Shown here one piece after another: positions 50,229-63,300 of a stretch of DNA of 64,000 bases. The stretch's first letter is position 1. Each line of letters opens with the position of its first letter. The notes under the pieces are model-generated. The model ran no database searches and was not told the origin of the DNA. It saw only the letters and a program-made list of their open reading frames with translations. This DNA comes from Orbicella franksi. Its lineage: Eukaryota. Position numbers and translations under genes: made by a program. The stretch covers positions 16,988,001 to 17,052,000 of the forward strand of contig OZ116699.1 in assembly GCA_964199315.1 (NCBI GenBank). Direction: 5' to 3'.

Positions 50229-51745
50229 GTTATTGATGAACAAGAACTGTTCATAATGTGCTTAAAATAGTTAGTGGTTAAGTTTGAAATCCCTTACACA
50301 TCTTGAAAATAAACCTGGACATGGAAATAAATTTGATTTACAAATTTGATAACTATTTTTCTCAGTAGTTCTGTAAATAGACTTTCTACTGAGTTCACGA
50401 CGAAAAACAGTCTGTAACCATAAAAGTCAAAAGCACATTGCTTTTGTTTCATTTCTGTTGCATCTGTTAAATCTCAGCGGCAATATATATTCCGAACTTT
50501 CAACGAAATATTTAGTTGGCGATTCCAAACGTAAAAGTAGTATTAAAAGCTATTTGTCAAGCAAGAAATGCAATTTAATTTCGGTAATTGAGGCAATTTT
50601 TAAGAGAAATTGTTGCTCAAAAGGAGAGGTGTTTTTGGTTGCGACGAATTCATCCGAAAACTCTTTCCCGCCAAATTTTACCACATCTTTTCAAAGACTA
50701 AAAATAATTCCGTGAAAAACCCTGGCATTTTAATGTGTAAAAGTAAGTCTTGAGAGAACTTCGCTGAACTTCATGGTCAGACACGGTGGTAAATTTAAAA
50801 TTTATTTTCCAAACATCTCCAAAAGAGTTGAGTAGAGTCGGCGCTGTCGTACCTGTGTGAATCCTTGTAAAAAAACCGATGTCTTGAGTCTTGAAACAGT
50901 TTTGTGAAACATGAGTGAAATTAAAATAAATAAGAGTTCCCCGTATTTAAATTGTAACTGATGAATGCGTTCAAGACTTACCTCGAAAATGTATACTTCA
51001 AGTCTTTCTGCTGGAAGAAGAAGCGAGGAGGTTTTCAACATGGTTTTTCATGGACACGTGCTTTACTCGGGAGCGAACTTTCTTGGGGCTGAATTCCCTC
51101 ATTTTCTGCTGAACATTTAAGATTACAGGAATTAAACTTAAGTTATTAGATATTCAACTGTTGCGCGAAAGGTTAAAATAAAAAATATATATACATCAAT
51201 GGCGTATTTTTTGTCATCATCATGATGTTATAAAGTCTCGAAACATGTATTTAGTGTTGACAATACAAAAAGAAAATTGCAAATGAAATAATAGATACTG
51301 CTTACCTCACACTCTCTTTTTTGGAAATCCTCTTAATGGTTTCTGAATTAATTGTTCCGTGAAGGAGCCAGCGGGGTAGACAAAATCTAAAGATTTTTCA
51401 AAGATTCTCCGTGTTGGTAACTCCTTGTTGTTTCACATGTTCTCCAAAGCTGAATGAAAGACTGGAAACACTGGAAACTTCGCCAGGTTGTTTGTTAAAG
51501 CTCACTCGCTGATACTGCTCTCTGATTGGTTCGTTGCATTCCAAGGGCTTTCCATCTTTCGCGGCACTAATTTGCAATTCGCTTAAACAGCTCCAAAAAC
51601 TTTGTCTTTAAATAAAGGTACTCTTTTTTTTTAACTTAACGGGTCAAAACTGGGTCTGTTATTTTGTTTAACGTGTGTTCGCTCCGTTTTAACTTCAGCT
51701 GATTCTTTATTCGGAAGGATCATTTATGGGCAAAACTTTGATATT

Positions 51746-51913
51746 GATCTATCCGACGTGGGCTGGTTAAAATTTCTGATTGGTTCCTTTTTTTTGGCGC
51801 GGTATTTCGCGCACTGCGCAAGTGGTATTGATCTTTCCCACATGGAATAGCTCTGATCACTCATTGGCTCGTAAAAGACAGGTGACATTGATCTATCCCA
51901 CGTGGGATAGATC
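51746..51913. promoter_or_regulatory. Three copies of a 24-bp palindromic E-box-centred motif with CCAAT boxes
   Basis: GATCTATCCCACGTGGGATAGATC (51890-51913) is a perfect palindrome. Degenerate copies start at 51746 and 51830, with ATTGG boxes between them. Confidence 0.55.
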
Positions 51914-53571
51914 TGTTTCTTAGCCTAGGAGGACCCGCTATGAAAGGAATCAACCCTACAAGCTAGCTTTAGTTTGTCTGTATTTTCATCCCAAGTAGTA
52001 CATCTTAAATTTGCAAGCGAACTTCGTGAAACAGTCGACTTCACCTTGTGTCCCGTTTACACCGGTAGTTACATGTTGAGTTTTGACACGCTAAGATTGA
52101 AAAGTTGAAAATCAACAGGGATCCAAATGTGCTGACACGGGGGCGTGGGGAGTAAAGGTGTAAAAAGGGCACTGGAGGCGAACTTTCTTTCAACAAAAAA
52201 TGGGATCATCAGGTCCCCCGCCCTTCCCCTAGACAGAAACAATGAAATGTTCTTGTTGAAAGCAAATCCGGGACAGATGCCGCGGAAGAAACCTTACTCT
52301 ATTAATTTTCTTCAACCTTTTTTCTCCGTCACTGCGAAAAAAGAACAGCGCTTTTCAAAAGACAAAAGCAAAGCTAGAATAAACTATTCGGTCTGCCTTT
52401 GTTTGCCCACACTAGTACGAAGAAAAACAAACACTCGAAAAAAATTTAACACGAAAATGCAAAATAAGTTGTGACTAGTTGTGTCTGTTTTGAGCTTTTA
52501 ATAAGATGGGAAGACCCATACACTTTGTTCACATTAGTGACCTCTCGAAGGTAGGAATAAGAAAAGGCGACTAAATAAAACCCCAAACAAAGAAGGTAGT
52601 TAATTCTTGAACTTTATATTAAAATCTCACTTCGTTACATCTTATTTTCGTCGATGTTTTGAGCTATACGGATATATCAATAAGCCATCTCGTTCTATAC
52701 TAATAGTGATACTGTTTTTTCCTGGCATTGGATTTCCATATACAAGGACTTAATTTCGCGTGTTTTTCTTTCGAAAATGGCGAGATGAAAACGATGAACT
52801 GAAATTTTCTATTTTTTCTTTTCCTGCAATCATCCCCAGTACTACTTGTTTCTAAGTGTCGTCCACGTGACCAAACAAACGGAGGCTCTAGGAAGAGCAA
52901 TGAAAAGATGTATTCACATCGGCTGCAACCTAGTCACGTGTTATGTGTGCACAAGGGGTTGATCACAAATTGAAAACGTCAGGGAGACGTTTCCCTAATT
53001 CTGTCTTCATGTCGCGGAAAAATTGCTATAAACCAGTTGCAATTTGCTCCTCCTTCAATAATATTATATATTCATCTTGGTGTTCTAGGTGCATTTCATG
53101 TCCGAGGGAAGAGAGCAAAATCGTGGTAATATGTAGTGCTCCCTTAACAAGATTAAATAACTCGGCGAAAACTGTTTGTTCAGTTAACACTTCCTATCTT
53201 TATCGCCCTATTGCGACAAAGCGTAATCTGAGAACAGCGGAGGGAAAACACTATAATTTACATCACTTGCTAAGCTGTCTATTTATACGTGGAAAGAAAC
53301 TCTATTTACAGTTACTGATTAACAGCTGCACAGTTTTAGAGTAGCTGAATATAATTTCGATGAGAAATAAAAATGTGATTGAGCTAATATTTTTTTACTG
53401 TTTTTTTCAGCCGGCTAGAGTCAGGTTTTACAGTGCGTCGATAATTCAATTTTTGAAATAAATATGTCCTTCTATGTTCCTTAAAATGTCTTAACTATTT
53501 TGCGCCGGGGTTTTTAATTTATAATTATAAAAAGCAAACACAAGTTCCCGATTGTGCTTTCGAATCTTGTG

Positions 53572-54354
53572 CTACGCCAAACTTTTGTCTCTAATGTGTT
53601 TTGAACGTAGATTTGACGGTAACCATCTTGGGATAAGATGGCTGTTCGTAGTTAGATTTTCCTCAGGCTCCGTTGCAAAATATCGCGGAGATTTTATACT
53701 AGAAGGAAGACCAGAAACAGTTCTTCTCAAGGTCTGTCCTGAACAAGAACTTGAAGCAAAAGCGCAGTACATGGAGCGCGCACTTGGCGTGCTTCGTGTG
53801 CAAGGAAGTTTTTCGTATTCTTGAAATCCAAATTGATCGTGCGCCGAGTATTCCTTCGTTGGAAAAGTCAAAATAAGTCCAGATTCAATTGGTTGGGATG
53901 CTGATCTGCAGTTTTTAAAATGCTTTATTCCTTCACGCGGGCCAAACTTTTCTAAGCCCGCAACCTGTGAACTAGTTCCAACAGTTGTGGCTCTCTGTCG
54001 AAATTTTCGAACAGTGGGGCTCGCCGGGCGTCTGACGTCCTTTACTTCAGACGAGCCATCGGAGCTGTGACTATTTCGTGCTTGCTTCTCGAGGGCTTTC
54101 CATCTTCTAAGCATTGTTTCCTGTTCCTTCTCTTTCCTTGACAACCAGACCTTTCTTTGTTTCTCCAGATCTTTTACTTGTTTAACATAGCTCTGTCCCA
54201 AATGTAAATTTGCGGCGTACAAGTTGCCGACGGTCCAACTCGATCGAAGGATGAAAGCCTCATGGTGTGCGTCCAAGCAAGGAGAACGAAAATTCCAAGA
54301 ATCGTTTTCAGTCCTGGCTTCGCTCGAGTCCATCTGATTTCCTTCCCGTGACAT
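53572..54354 (-). CDS. Uncharacterised 260-aa protein with a predicted short coiled coil
   Basis: Uninterrupted ATG-started ORF with a charged heptad-like segment (VKQVKDLEKQRKVWLSRKEKEQETMLRRWKALEKQ). An upstream acceptor-like site (about 54474) and a promoter-like CpG/CCAAT patch (55490-55610) suggest a non-coding first exon. Confidence 0.6.
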   Translation of the reverse strand: MSREGNQMDSSEARTENDSWNFRSPCLDAHHEAFILRSSWTVGNLYAANLHLGQSYVKQVKDLEKQRKVWLSRKEKEQETMLRRWKALEKQARNSHSSDGSSEVKDVRRPASPTVRKFRQRATTVGTSSQVAGLEKFGPREGIKHFKNCRSASQPIESGLILTFPTKEYSAHDQFGFQEYEKLPCTRSTPSARSMYCAFASSSCSGQTLRRTVSGLPSSIKSPRYFATEPEENLTTNSHLIPRWLPSNLRSKHIRDKSLA

Positions 54355-55798
54355 CTTCTAACACAAACGTTTGCCTTGCGAGCTTTGTCTTTCCGAGTGT
54401 GCTTTGCTATAGTTCATCCAGACAGTATTTGTTGCAACCAATTTTTGAAAGGTAAATATTTTGAGTGGGATCTACAAACGCGACCTTTAGTCTCACAAGA
54501 AATTTAATTTAATATGCGTTCCCTGATTCCATAAAATCTTCGATCGACGCAAGTTATAGAAAATAAATCCTACATAATACCAACTGCCCATTCTGTGCTA
54601 TTTCCGTCTTATGCACCTGTGTCTTTTACACCGATTGTTTGACACCAAAAAGTATATCACAGGCGACGAAGTTCTCTGTAAGAGGCTCACTTCCTCGAGA
54701 CATTTATTAGCAAAATATTATTTTCCCGGCTAGTTTCCTATTGGCCTTTCTGAGGGATGAGTTTATTCTCGCTTGACAACAAAACGAGATTGACAGAATA
54801 TTCAGTTTAAAGTGAGTGAACTTTCCCGACGAAAGGTATAGACAAAAGCTGAGTTCTATTCCCATAATTAAAAACTTCGCCACCCGAAAGCTTTTTAATT
54901 CGCTCTTTGCATGCAAGTGTTAACATTCTCCTCGATAACTTGAAATTAGTGCTTCTAAGTGGTTTTAACCAGCTCTTAAATATGAATTTCATAATATTCG
55001 TCGATCTCTCTGACTGTATCAATGGTTATTTGTAATGAGTCTGCGTTTCTGTGCGTCTCTTGGCTACATAAGTATGGCACAAGGGACCGCCGATTTAATT
55101 TTAATAAATGGACCAACCTGAAGCAAACTCATAAGCTAAATTAACCGATATTTTACAATTTAAAACAACCAACTTCTTTTCGATGGATCAAGCGTTGGCA
55201 ATTTACAATTTGTCAGAGGAATCAGGAAACTGCAGTTCGAGTGCCGTGCCGAAGAAATACGAAAAACAAATTTAAACAAAAACTAAATCTTGATAATAAA
55301 TTTTACTGAAATCGTTACGTTATCATCTGTCTGAGCACTTCTATAAGTAACTCTGTCCTGGTGAAGTGAAAGTAGAGACTTCTTTTTTCGTTACATTTTT
55401 GTTTGGTTTATTTCATTAATTCAAACTTGTTTCACTAACGCTTTTTACAAGAAATGAAACCAAGAGATTACATAAACAGTACATAAAGTACACCTCTGCG
55501 CATGCTCTTGAAGCAACCTAGAACTACAAACGAAAACACGTGGTAGCCCGCGTCAACCGCGGGAAACCCGCGTCCAGGATCTAGACACTTTGGATCTTCA
55601 TTGGTTGAAAGTAGGCCGCTCTGATTATGGGTTAGCGCTCGCTACAAGACCTCTGAACCCTCAGTTTAAGGAATCGGTTACACGGGCAGAGGTTGGGATC
55701 TCATTGCAAAAATCATGTTGCCGAATTTCAACTGGACCAAAAGTTCATTTTACCGACGGTTCCTGTACTTTGAACGGCGTAATAAATTTCAGTTCAAA

Positions 55799-56752
55799 TG
55801 TTACATATACTCTGTTCCAGTTCCAGTTTTGTTACATATTGGTGTGAATTACAAGGACAGAATATAGCAAGCCAAAAATCCAAGTAATCACATGCGTAGA
55901 GCAGTGCGTACTGTTAAAACGAACTCGACAAGAACTTCTGACTACGATGTAAACAGAGTTTAATTGACAGAGATCAATGTTCCATACAAACTCAATTGAA
56001 AGGAATCACGTGCCAAGACGAAGGTAGAATTAACCACGTGCTGTAAGCTTAGCCGTAAGTCGTATGATGTAAACCGTATGCCGGTTCGAACTGAAATACA
56101 ATAACGAAAATAGAAGCTAACGTAACTAATATACAGAAGTATAAAGACAAAATAATATAAATGAAGAAACTATTGCTAGCATTCTCAATAACGTCCGTAA
56201 CATGGAAGTGTAACATAATCGGCACTTATACTAATCGTACGGAAGGCTGGAAAACGATTAATAGGCTACACGGTGTGTAACTTGGACGGTACCTTTATGG
56301 CAAAATAACCCTATATTGGAGATATGGACCTAATCAAGCGCGATTCCGAGCATACAGAACTAACTAACCGATTTAGTAACGATACAGACCATTTGATAGG
56401 TGATAAAAGGAAACGTAACCGAAACAAATAACAATAGAAAACCTAAGAACTAACCATAAAAAACAAGGAATAGATTACTCACTTTGGTTTGCACACGCAC
56501 TGAACTTGACTTGATAGAATAGACGAGTAACAGTGTAGAGAGAAACCATGGCCCAATGCCGAGTAGAAGTTGACGCAGTGAAATCTGCATTTGAACTGAC
56601 CTAACCGAGGAAAACCTCGTGGATATATCTAACCGGAGAACACGTACGCAAAACCTAACGGTTATGACTATTTCCCTAACGGACATAGCAGCTGAGGGCT
56701 GGTCAACCACAGTAGATTAAGTAAGTAAGTAAGGCCTTGTTTGAAAGTGACA
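55799..56752. mobile_element. Possible solo LTR (~950 bp)
   Basis: TGTTAC...GTGACA termini bound a strand-biased, A-rich, CpG-retaining block with no meaningful ORF. No TSD was found. Confidence 0.35.
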
Positions 56753-57310
56753 ATTACTTGATAGCATCTACGGTAAAGTAAGTTCCTGCGACAAAAAACG
56801 AATTAACATCACGTTTCAAAACCAACAATTGGGACGCTTATTCAGGTACTGTACTGTATTTTTGTACTGTATTTTTCTCGCAAGATCAAAAAGAAGCTCA
56901 TGCTTTGGCAAGAAGACAATTTCCTGGGGTCTCAGCTGGAGTGTTCATGACTAAATCAGTTCAATTTAACTGGTTTCACAAGATATCAGAGCATTACAGA
57001 TTTTGAGTTAACAATGATTACATGAAATGAGATGGTAAGACTTGAGTGGTATTCCGTAACAGTCTTGAGACCTTTAACTTATGACGTCAGTCGAGTCTGG
57101 CTTGCAAGTTTTAGTGATTTCCTGTCTAAATCGAATGTCCAAACAGCGACTGAACCCAAAAACCTGGCGATGTTTTCAAGAGCAATCGTTCATGAACCTT
57201 ATTTTACCCTGTGGAAAAGACGTTGGCTCGCAGTGTCAGTGTCACTATCATGGCCTGGATGAACAATGAGACTGCATCCTCCATTTTCATATCCTAATCC
57301 AAGTTCAACA

Positions 57311-60300
57311 CTATCTGTTCACTGTTAAATTGTCTGTGGTTTCGAGTTCAGACTCCTCATCTTTTCCATTTTCCTTTTGTTGTCCTTCGTCGTGTCCAAC
57401 ACTTCTCGAAATCGATGTCACGGTAAATTTCGACAAGCACTTGTCGAGTCGCTTCAAAAACGTGTCCACATCAGCTTTACTCATCCCTATCGCCGCAGCT
57501 GCAGTCATGTACGCACAGCGGTAGTTTCGGGCATGCGCACCCCAGCCAGTGAACACGTGACCATTGATGTCTTTCGTGCTCCCAAGTGGAACCACTCTAA
57601 ATGAGAGACATAATCAAAGTAAAGAAGAAAGGGTCATGGAACAGTCTTAAACATTTTCTCATTTAGCTAGGGTAGGGGAGAAGTACAGCTGTCCAGGAAA
57701 AAAATGTCGTTTTACGCGTGTTCTTACTGGCCATGACGCTTGACATTGTAAGATGTTTGTAAACAACACTAGAGTTGCGTCAAAGGGTGTGGTCTCTTGG
57801 AGTGTGGGCTAGACACGCCCATTGACGCGAACATAACATAAGCTTACATCTTACCTTGCCCCTGAAACGCATCTTGTAAAAAGCATGGAACCCAGTTGGG
57901 TGACGCCAGCTGCGTTGAGTTCCAAGCCCTTCGTGACTCGCTCCAATGAAATCGCTAGAAAGGCCAAAAGAAAAACATCAAAAACTTTTAACTATTTCGC
58001 ATTAATGTTGAAACCAACCAGGAATCTGAAACAACCGTTAGATGAAGAATCAGAAAAAAAGGAGCGAGAAGAATCTACGAATATGCAAAGCCGTGTTTCA
58101 GTATGTCTCGTACATTGTTGCTGTACTGCATATAGTGTAATTCACTTCTTGCAGAAATTTCAGGGATCACAAAACCTCTAACAAACCTCTCAAAACATTA
58201 GACTGTAAAAGAAAAACAAAAGTATCTCAATGCAGTGAAACCTAAGGCTACAGAAAAGGTAGAAAAGGACTGACGAAGAAAAAGCCACCTTGAGATTCAA
58301 GAATTGCATGTTATTCGCTTAAGGACGTTCGCGCGAAAAATTTCCAGTCGATAGATTTTTAGTAAATTTTTACTGCAGTCAGATAATGAGTTACTTGTGT
58401 CAGAAATGCAAAAAAAATTGGGGGTCACCGTCTTCGTTTCAGAGATAAAGCGTGTGGAAAAGTACCCTGATTTTGAAAAATTGGCGCACGTAATTCAGCA
58501 TGGTCTACAGGGGTTCATGGTTAAAAATATCGAAGGTGAGTCGACGGAGGCAAACGATCTTAGTCATATTTTGTAGAAGTGGGTCTGTTGGGTAAATAAT
58601 TCCAAGTGTTACCAACGTTTTCACAAAACTTAACCCTTCAAGAGGCATTTGAAACCGTCCCACAGATAAACCAAGAGCTAAAAATAATTGAATTCGATGG
58701 TGCATTTTGCAAAAAAATTCAAACGTCTAGTCGATAGATTTTCTTCATTTTTTTGCTTAACGTAGAAAATCGGTAGAGAAAATGATCCATCAAAAGAAAA
58801 ATAGGGGTCACCGAACGTTCAAGATCGTTAAATCCAGGCAAAGCTATAGGAATGGCCATCTGTCCTATCATTGTTCATTTTATTACTCAGCGCGCGCTCT
58901 CATGCATCACATGGCGTGTGAATTTGTGTGCGCAGTCCTTAATAGGCAAAAGTGTATCGCTGGAAGACTCCAGCGAGCTGTTATAATGATTTCAGTGCTT
59001 TCAATCTAAGGCAAAGTCATTCCTTAAGTCCTGACCTACATCTAATTTCTCCTACAATATCTCTGCATTTTCCAGTAGTAAGGTGACCAAAAGAAAGAAA
59101 GTCACCAAACTCTCCTAAGTAAGACTAACGTTGAAAGTTTGGCCTAAACGACCATTTGTTACTGAGGGTGTGGTCATTAGAAGGCTTTAGATTGTGTACA
59201 TTACCAAGAGAGATGGGGTTGCCTTTGGTGCTCAGAAGCCGCTCTCCATGTGCTGCCGCTACCCTTGATAGGCCCTCAGATAAGTAGCTGTACACTTCCT
59301 GAAAAGGAAAAATGTGTAAAAGAAATTACAATCACGGTGGAGCAGCATTTTCTAGCTTTTAGTTCCGCTCACCTAGTATTGATATAACAGTGAAAGGCAG
59401 TTTTCAACAGGTCAGTTTAACTAGAGAATACCGGCACTAGTAAGGAGACTGGCTTTTTCTCAAAGATTGAAACGGTTATAACTGTGACTTCTTGTTCTCA
59501 TCGATTTTGTACACTGCCAACAGAAGAGGTTTGGCTTCAAGGAATAATAAAGCGATAAGCATCAAGTGGCCAATTACGTTTTTGCCCGATTTCTTGAGTA
59601 AGCCAAAATCTACGTGTGATAGAGAGGTAAGCGTTATAAAGCATATTGGCACACCTTTCTCTGTTGCAGAAGCTGTTGATAACCAGCTGACCCAAGTGAC
59701 AACAGTGTGATAAACAGGTCTATAGAGGGAGTGGCTGACGCTCGACCTGATGATAAAATGATAAAACATCATCATCATCATTAACATTGCATTAGAAATC
59801 TTAATACTCACCAGTCAGCTTAGTTTACAAAACTACAAATTGTTAAGTAACAAAAATCGGTAAAAGTAAAGAATCCGATCCCACCGACGCGTCGGCCGAC
59901 AAACCACCGACAAACCACCGACAAACCACCGACATACTACCAATGCGTCGGCAAAAATATTTACCTTTTTAACTGTCACTCTTTTCACTTTTTTTACTTC
60001 TTTCAGTCGGAAGCAAGAACAACCCCATCTATAGTCATTGTGGAGTAGAGAGATGGGAAAGGAACGCGTGTAAACTTAGTTTTTCTTTTTCATTCTACCT
60101 TTTTGTCATCATTGAATGATACCTACTGTTAGAGTGTTGAAAACTGCACACAGTCATGAAGATTATATGTCGTGAAAATGAACTGTACAGTAGCCCAGTA
60201 GCAAAACTTACCAGGATATGTTTTGCTAACAGCGTCTATGAAATTCTCATCAAATCCTGCTACAATAGCTCCACCAACGGGAACCAGAAAGTTTTTATCA

Positions 60301-63300
60301 GTACTTTGAATAAAGGCATCTACACGACCTATCCGTGCTGCCTGTAACACCAAGCCAAAAAATGATACAGTGTATCAACACCTAGCCTGTTGTGCTCCGG
60401 CTGGAACTGACTGTGGGGGTCGGGAGGGGAGGGGGTTGAGGTGGGGGGATGGGTCAACTCCCCTCCTCTCTCTTCTTTCTTCCTGGTTTCTCTTCACCTG
60501 TTCCTCAACTAAAGAGGCTGTTCACAGGCTAATCAACACATGATAACATGAATGGGGAGCTGTAGATATCAGTTACTCAACATATATTTTACCCTCTCTA
60601 GAGAAGGGGGATTAATAGTTCTGCATAAATGGAGAAAATGTGGTGAGAGGACAACAAGCATGCACTGTAAATCCCTCTATCTTGTATTGCCATTCTATAC
60701 AGTCTGGAACTCCCAGGACTTCAACCTCTGAAACCAGTCCATTCTCAACTTGTTTCTTGTGCAGTTCTGAAAAATATATCCATGCCAACCCCAAGAAAGG
60801 TCACTGGAAATTTCCAGAGGAAGGAAGGAGTTTTGAAAGGTAAGTATGAAGCTAACCTGGGATCAAAGTCATGAATATTTGGAACACCCATGCACCCTCT
60901 TTCCCAGCACAATGTAGGATGGTGCAAAACACCTTAACTCCTCATTCAGTAAGTTTAGTTTCTACACGACACTGAAGGGTGGGAGCAGCTAGAGTGGAAG
61001 GAAGAAGAATTTAAGGCCAAGTGTACCAACATGTGGGGGTCAGTGATTGAGGAATTTCCAGAGGGGTGGGGTGGAACGGAGTGAGTTTAAACCAAAACAG
61101 CTTCCATGGGAGGGGTAAGGATATTTTCTGGAACAACATAATGATGCACAAAACTAAAACTTCAAAACCCATAGTATTCCCTCCTATGTTAATGACCTCT
61201 TTCTTGATTAAATTTCTTTCCTGACTTTCCCACCCTCTCTTTCCACCTCCTCCTACTGATAATAACCCTTCATCAGGACAACTTAGGCAGTCCCCTTCAT
61301 GTCACGTAAGAATATACCTGCTGAATGAGATGCATGTACTTTGATGACTGCACACCATAGGCATTGTTCACAATGTGAGGTACATCTTGTTCCTTGCACA
61401 ACTTTGCAACTTCTTCCAACCTTTAATGCACAGGCTTCTCTCATTATTGGTTGACAAAACATGCATAACTTGACTTTAAAAATGGTTACCATGGTAGTTG
61501 TATACAACTCTTAAAAAAGCTAGTCATTTGAATTTCATGTTTGACAAAGTGCACCCTGCTTGCAGTAGCTTCATAATTCAAGACCAGTGGTAAAGTGCTT
61601 GCACTGGATTGACAAAAGATCCTGGGTTAATCCCACTGAAGCCTTTCACACAGTTATTATATAATTATGACTTATTTCATACATACATTAATACTTAGCT
61701 TGATATGTTAATATACTATAATTACTGCATTCAACAGATCTTCATCTTGTTCCTTGTGCCTTTGTTTCTTACTGCACAAGCTTGACAAAGAGAGCAACTC
61801 TTGAAAGTTCCATTTCAGGATTTTGACTGGTTTTACACAATGAAAATGAGCAGAGTAAAACACCAGTGAACCAATTAGGCCAGGTGTTTGTCAGCTAGGG
61901 ATGTGCAGTTCACCCATACTTCTGAATCAGAACTTCCAGGAGTCATTTGTTTCCTAACCACAGTGGGCAATGGGAACAAAGACTCTGACTATGAGGTTGA
62001 ACAGATCTTTAATTTTCTAACTTCATACCTGTCTGGGATCCTTGGAGCAAAGCAGCTAGTTGTAGTCATAATGCAGACCACATTTTCTGGCCCCAAGTCT
62101 TTGATTTGCTTCTCTACAGCTGCAAGATCTGTTTGCAGCTCATCACCCTCCTCAACATTCTCCACAATAACTGGTTCAAATCCTGGTGCAAGAGACAAAA
62201 ATAAATGTTCATTTTTTTCATCTAAGTGACAATTTTGACTCAGACAGTTTCAGTCTTATCTAATCTGGTATCCCTCAGAATTTCCCAAATGATATTTCAA
62301 AGAAAGCAGGGGCCTCGTTAACGTTTTCAGCAGGAGGGCAACTGGTTTTCACAGGTGGGCAAGAAAAAAATTTCCTCCAGAGGGTCAAACCAGGTAGACA
62401 AAATCATCCTTCCAGCTGGTCAATTTGCCTGGCTATGCCCGGTCCTTAATGAAACCCCTGACAAAGACAGCTGAAGTTGTATTATTTTTAACAAAAACAA
62501 ATCAAATAGCATGTGTGATAACCTATCTTAACACAAACAAAATAAAACGTTTGGGAGAATTTGAGAAGGCTTGAGTCAAGAGCATAATCCATTTCAACTT
62601 TGTAACCTTTAACATCTTGCACATTTTCAACACAGTTTTCAGTATTTTATCAACACCTGTGAAACAACTTCTAACAATTAGTCAAAAGTAACCAAAACTT
62701 ACAAAAGAAAACAATGGAATTAGTATCTGATAGTATCTAACTGTGTACGAACTACTTCATGGGTTAGGTAAAATCTTTCTAGTACTTTCATAATTCTTCA
62801 AGACTTTTTTGCCAAGACTTTGTTTGCATCAAGCTAACTCTAGATGAGAAGCAGCTGTTTTCCATTTCTCTTATGAGATAATTAAAACCAATGAATGCAG
62901 TGAAACATTAAACCTCTTGTGCAAAATGGAAACAATAGACAACCAATCAGAGGGACTGTTGTACACACATGATCACAATCATATAACATATTTAAACTAG
63001 ATTATATAACAGCAATAATTAACTCACCAGCAGTGAGAATGCACTTAAAACAAGACTTCTGATCGATTCGAGGCCAAATCACATATTTGGCACCAGGTCT
63101 CTGTAGCTTCAATGTCAGAAGTGTCATGACCAAAGTCATCCCTGTTGCTACAGGCAACACTAGGCAAGCTTTAGCAGACCTTACACCTGTCAATAAAATG
63201 CTGATATTAATCATTTGTACATGTAAGTATACTTTACACTCTTATCTCTTTCTGTGCCTCTCTACATCTGGGTGTGAACAATGGGTATCAGAACAATGTT

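Noticed and set aside
49440-51605. Possible selenoprotein: one spliced frame is interrupted only by TGA codons (including a C-TGA pair), near SEPSECS
   Set aside because: There is no start codon for that frame, no SECIS-like hairpin was recognised and there is no known selenoprotein motif. CGA-to-TGA decay or chance explains the stops.
52943-53344. 133-aa plus-strand ORF
   Set aside because: The composition looks like translated non-coding DNA, with no motifs or splice support.
60415-60455. G-quadruplex-capable G-run cluster in a SEPSECS intron
   Set aside because: It lies inside a small MITE and on the template strand, and nothing suggests a locus-specific function.
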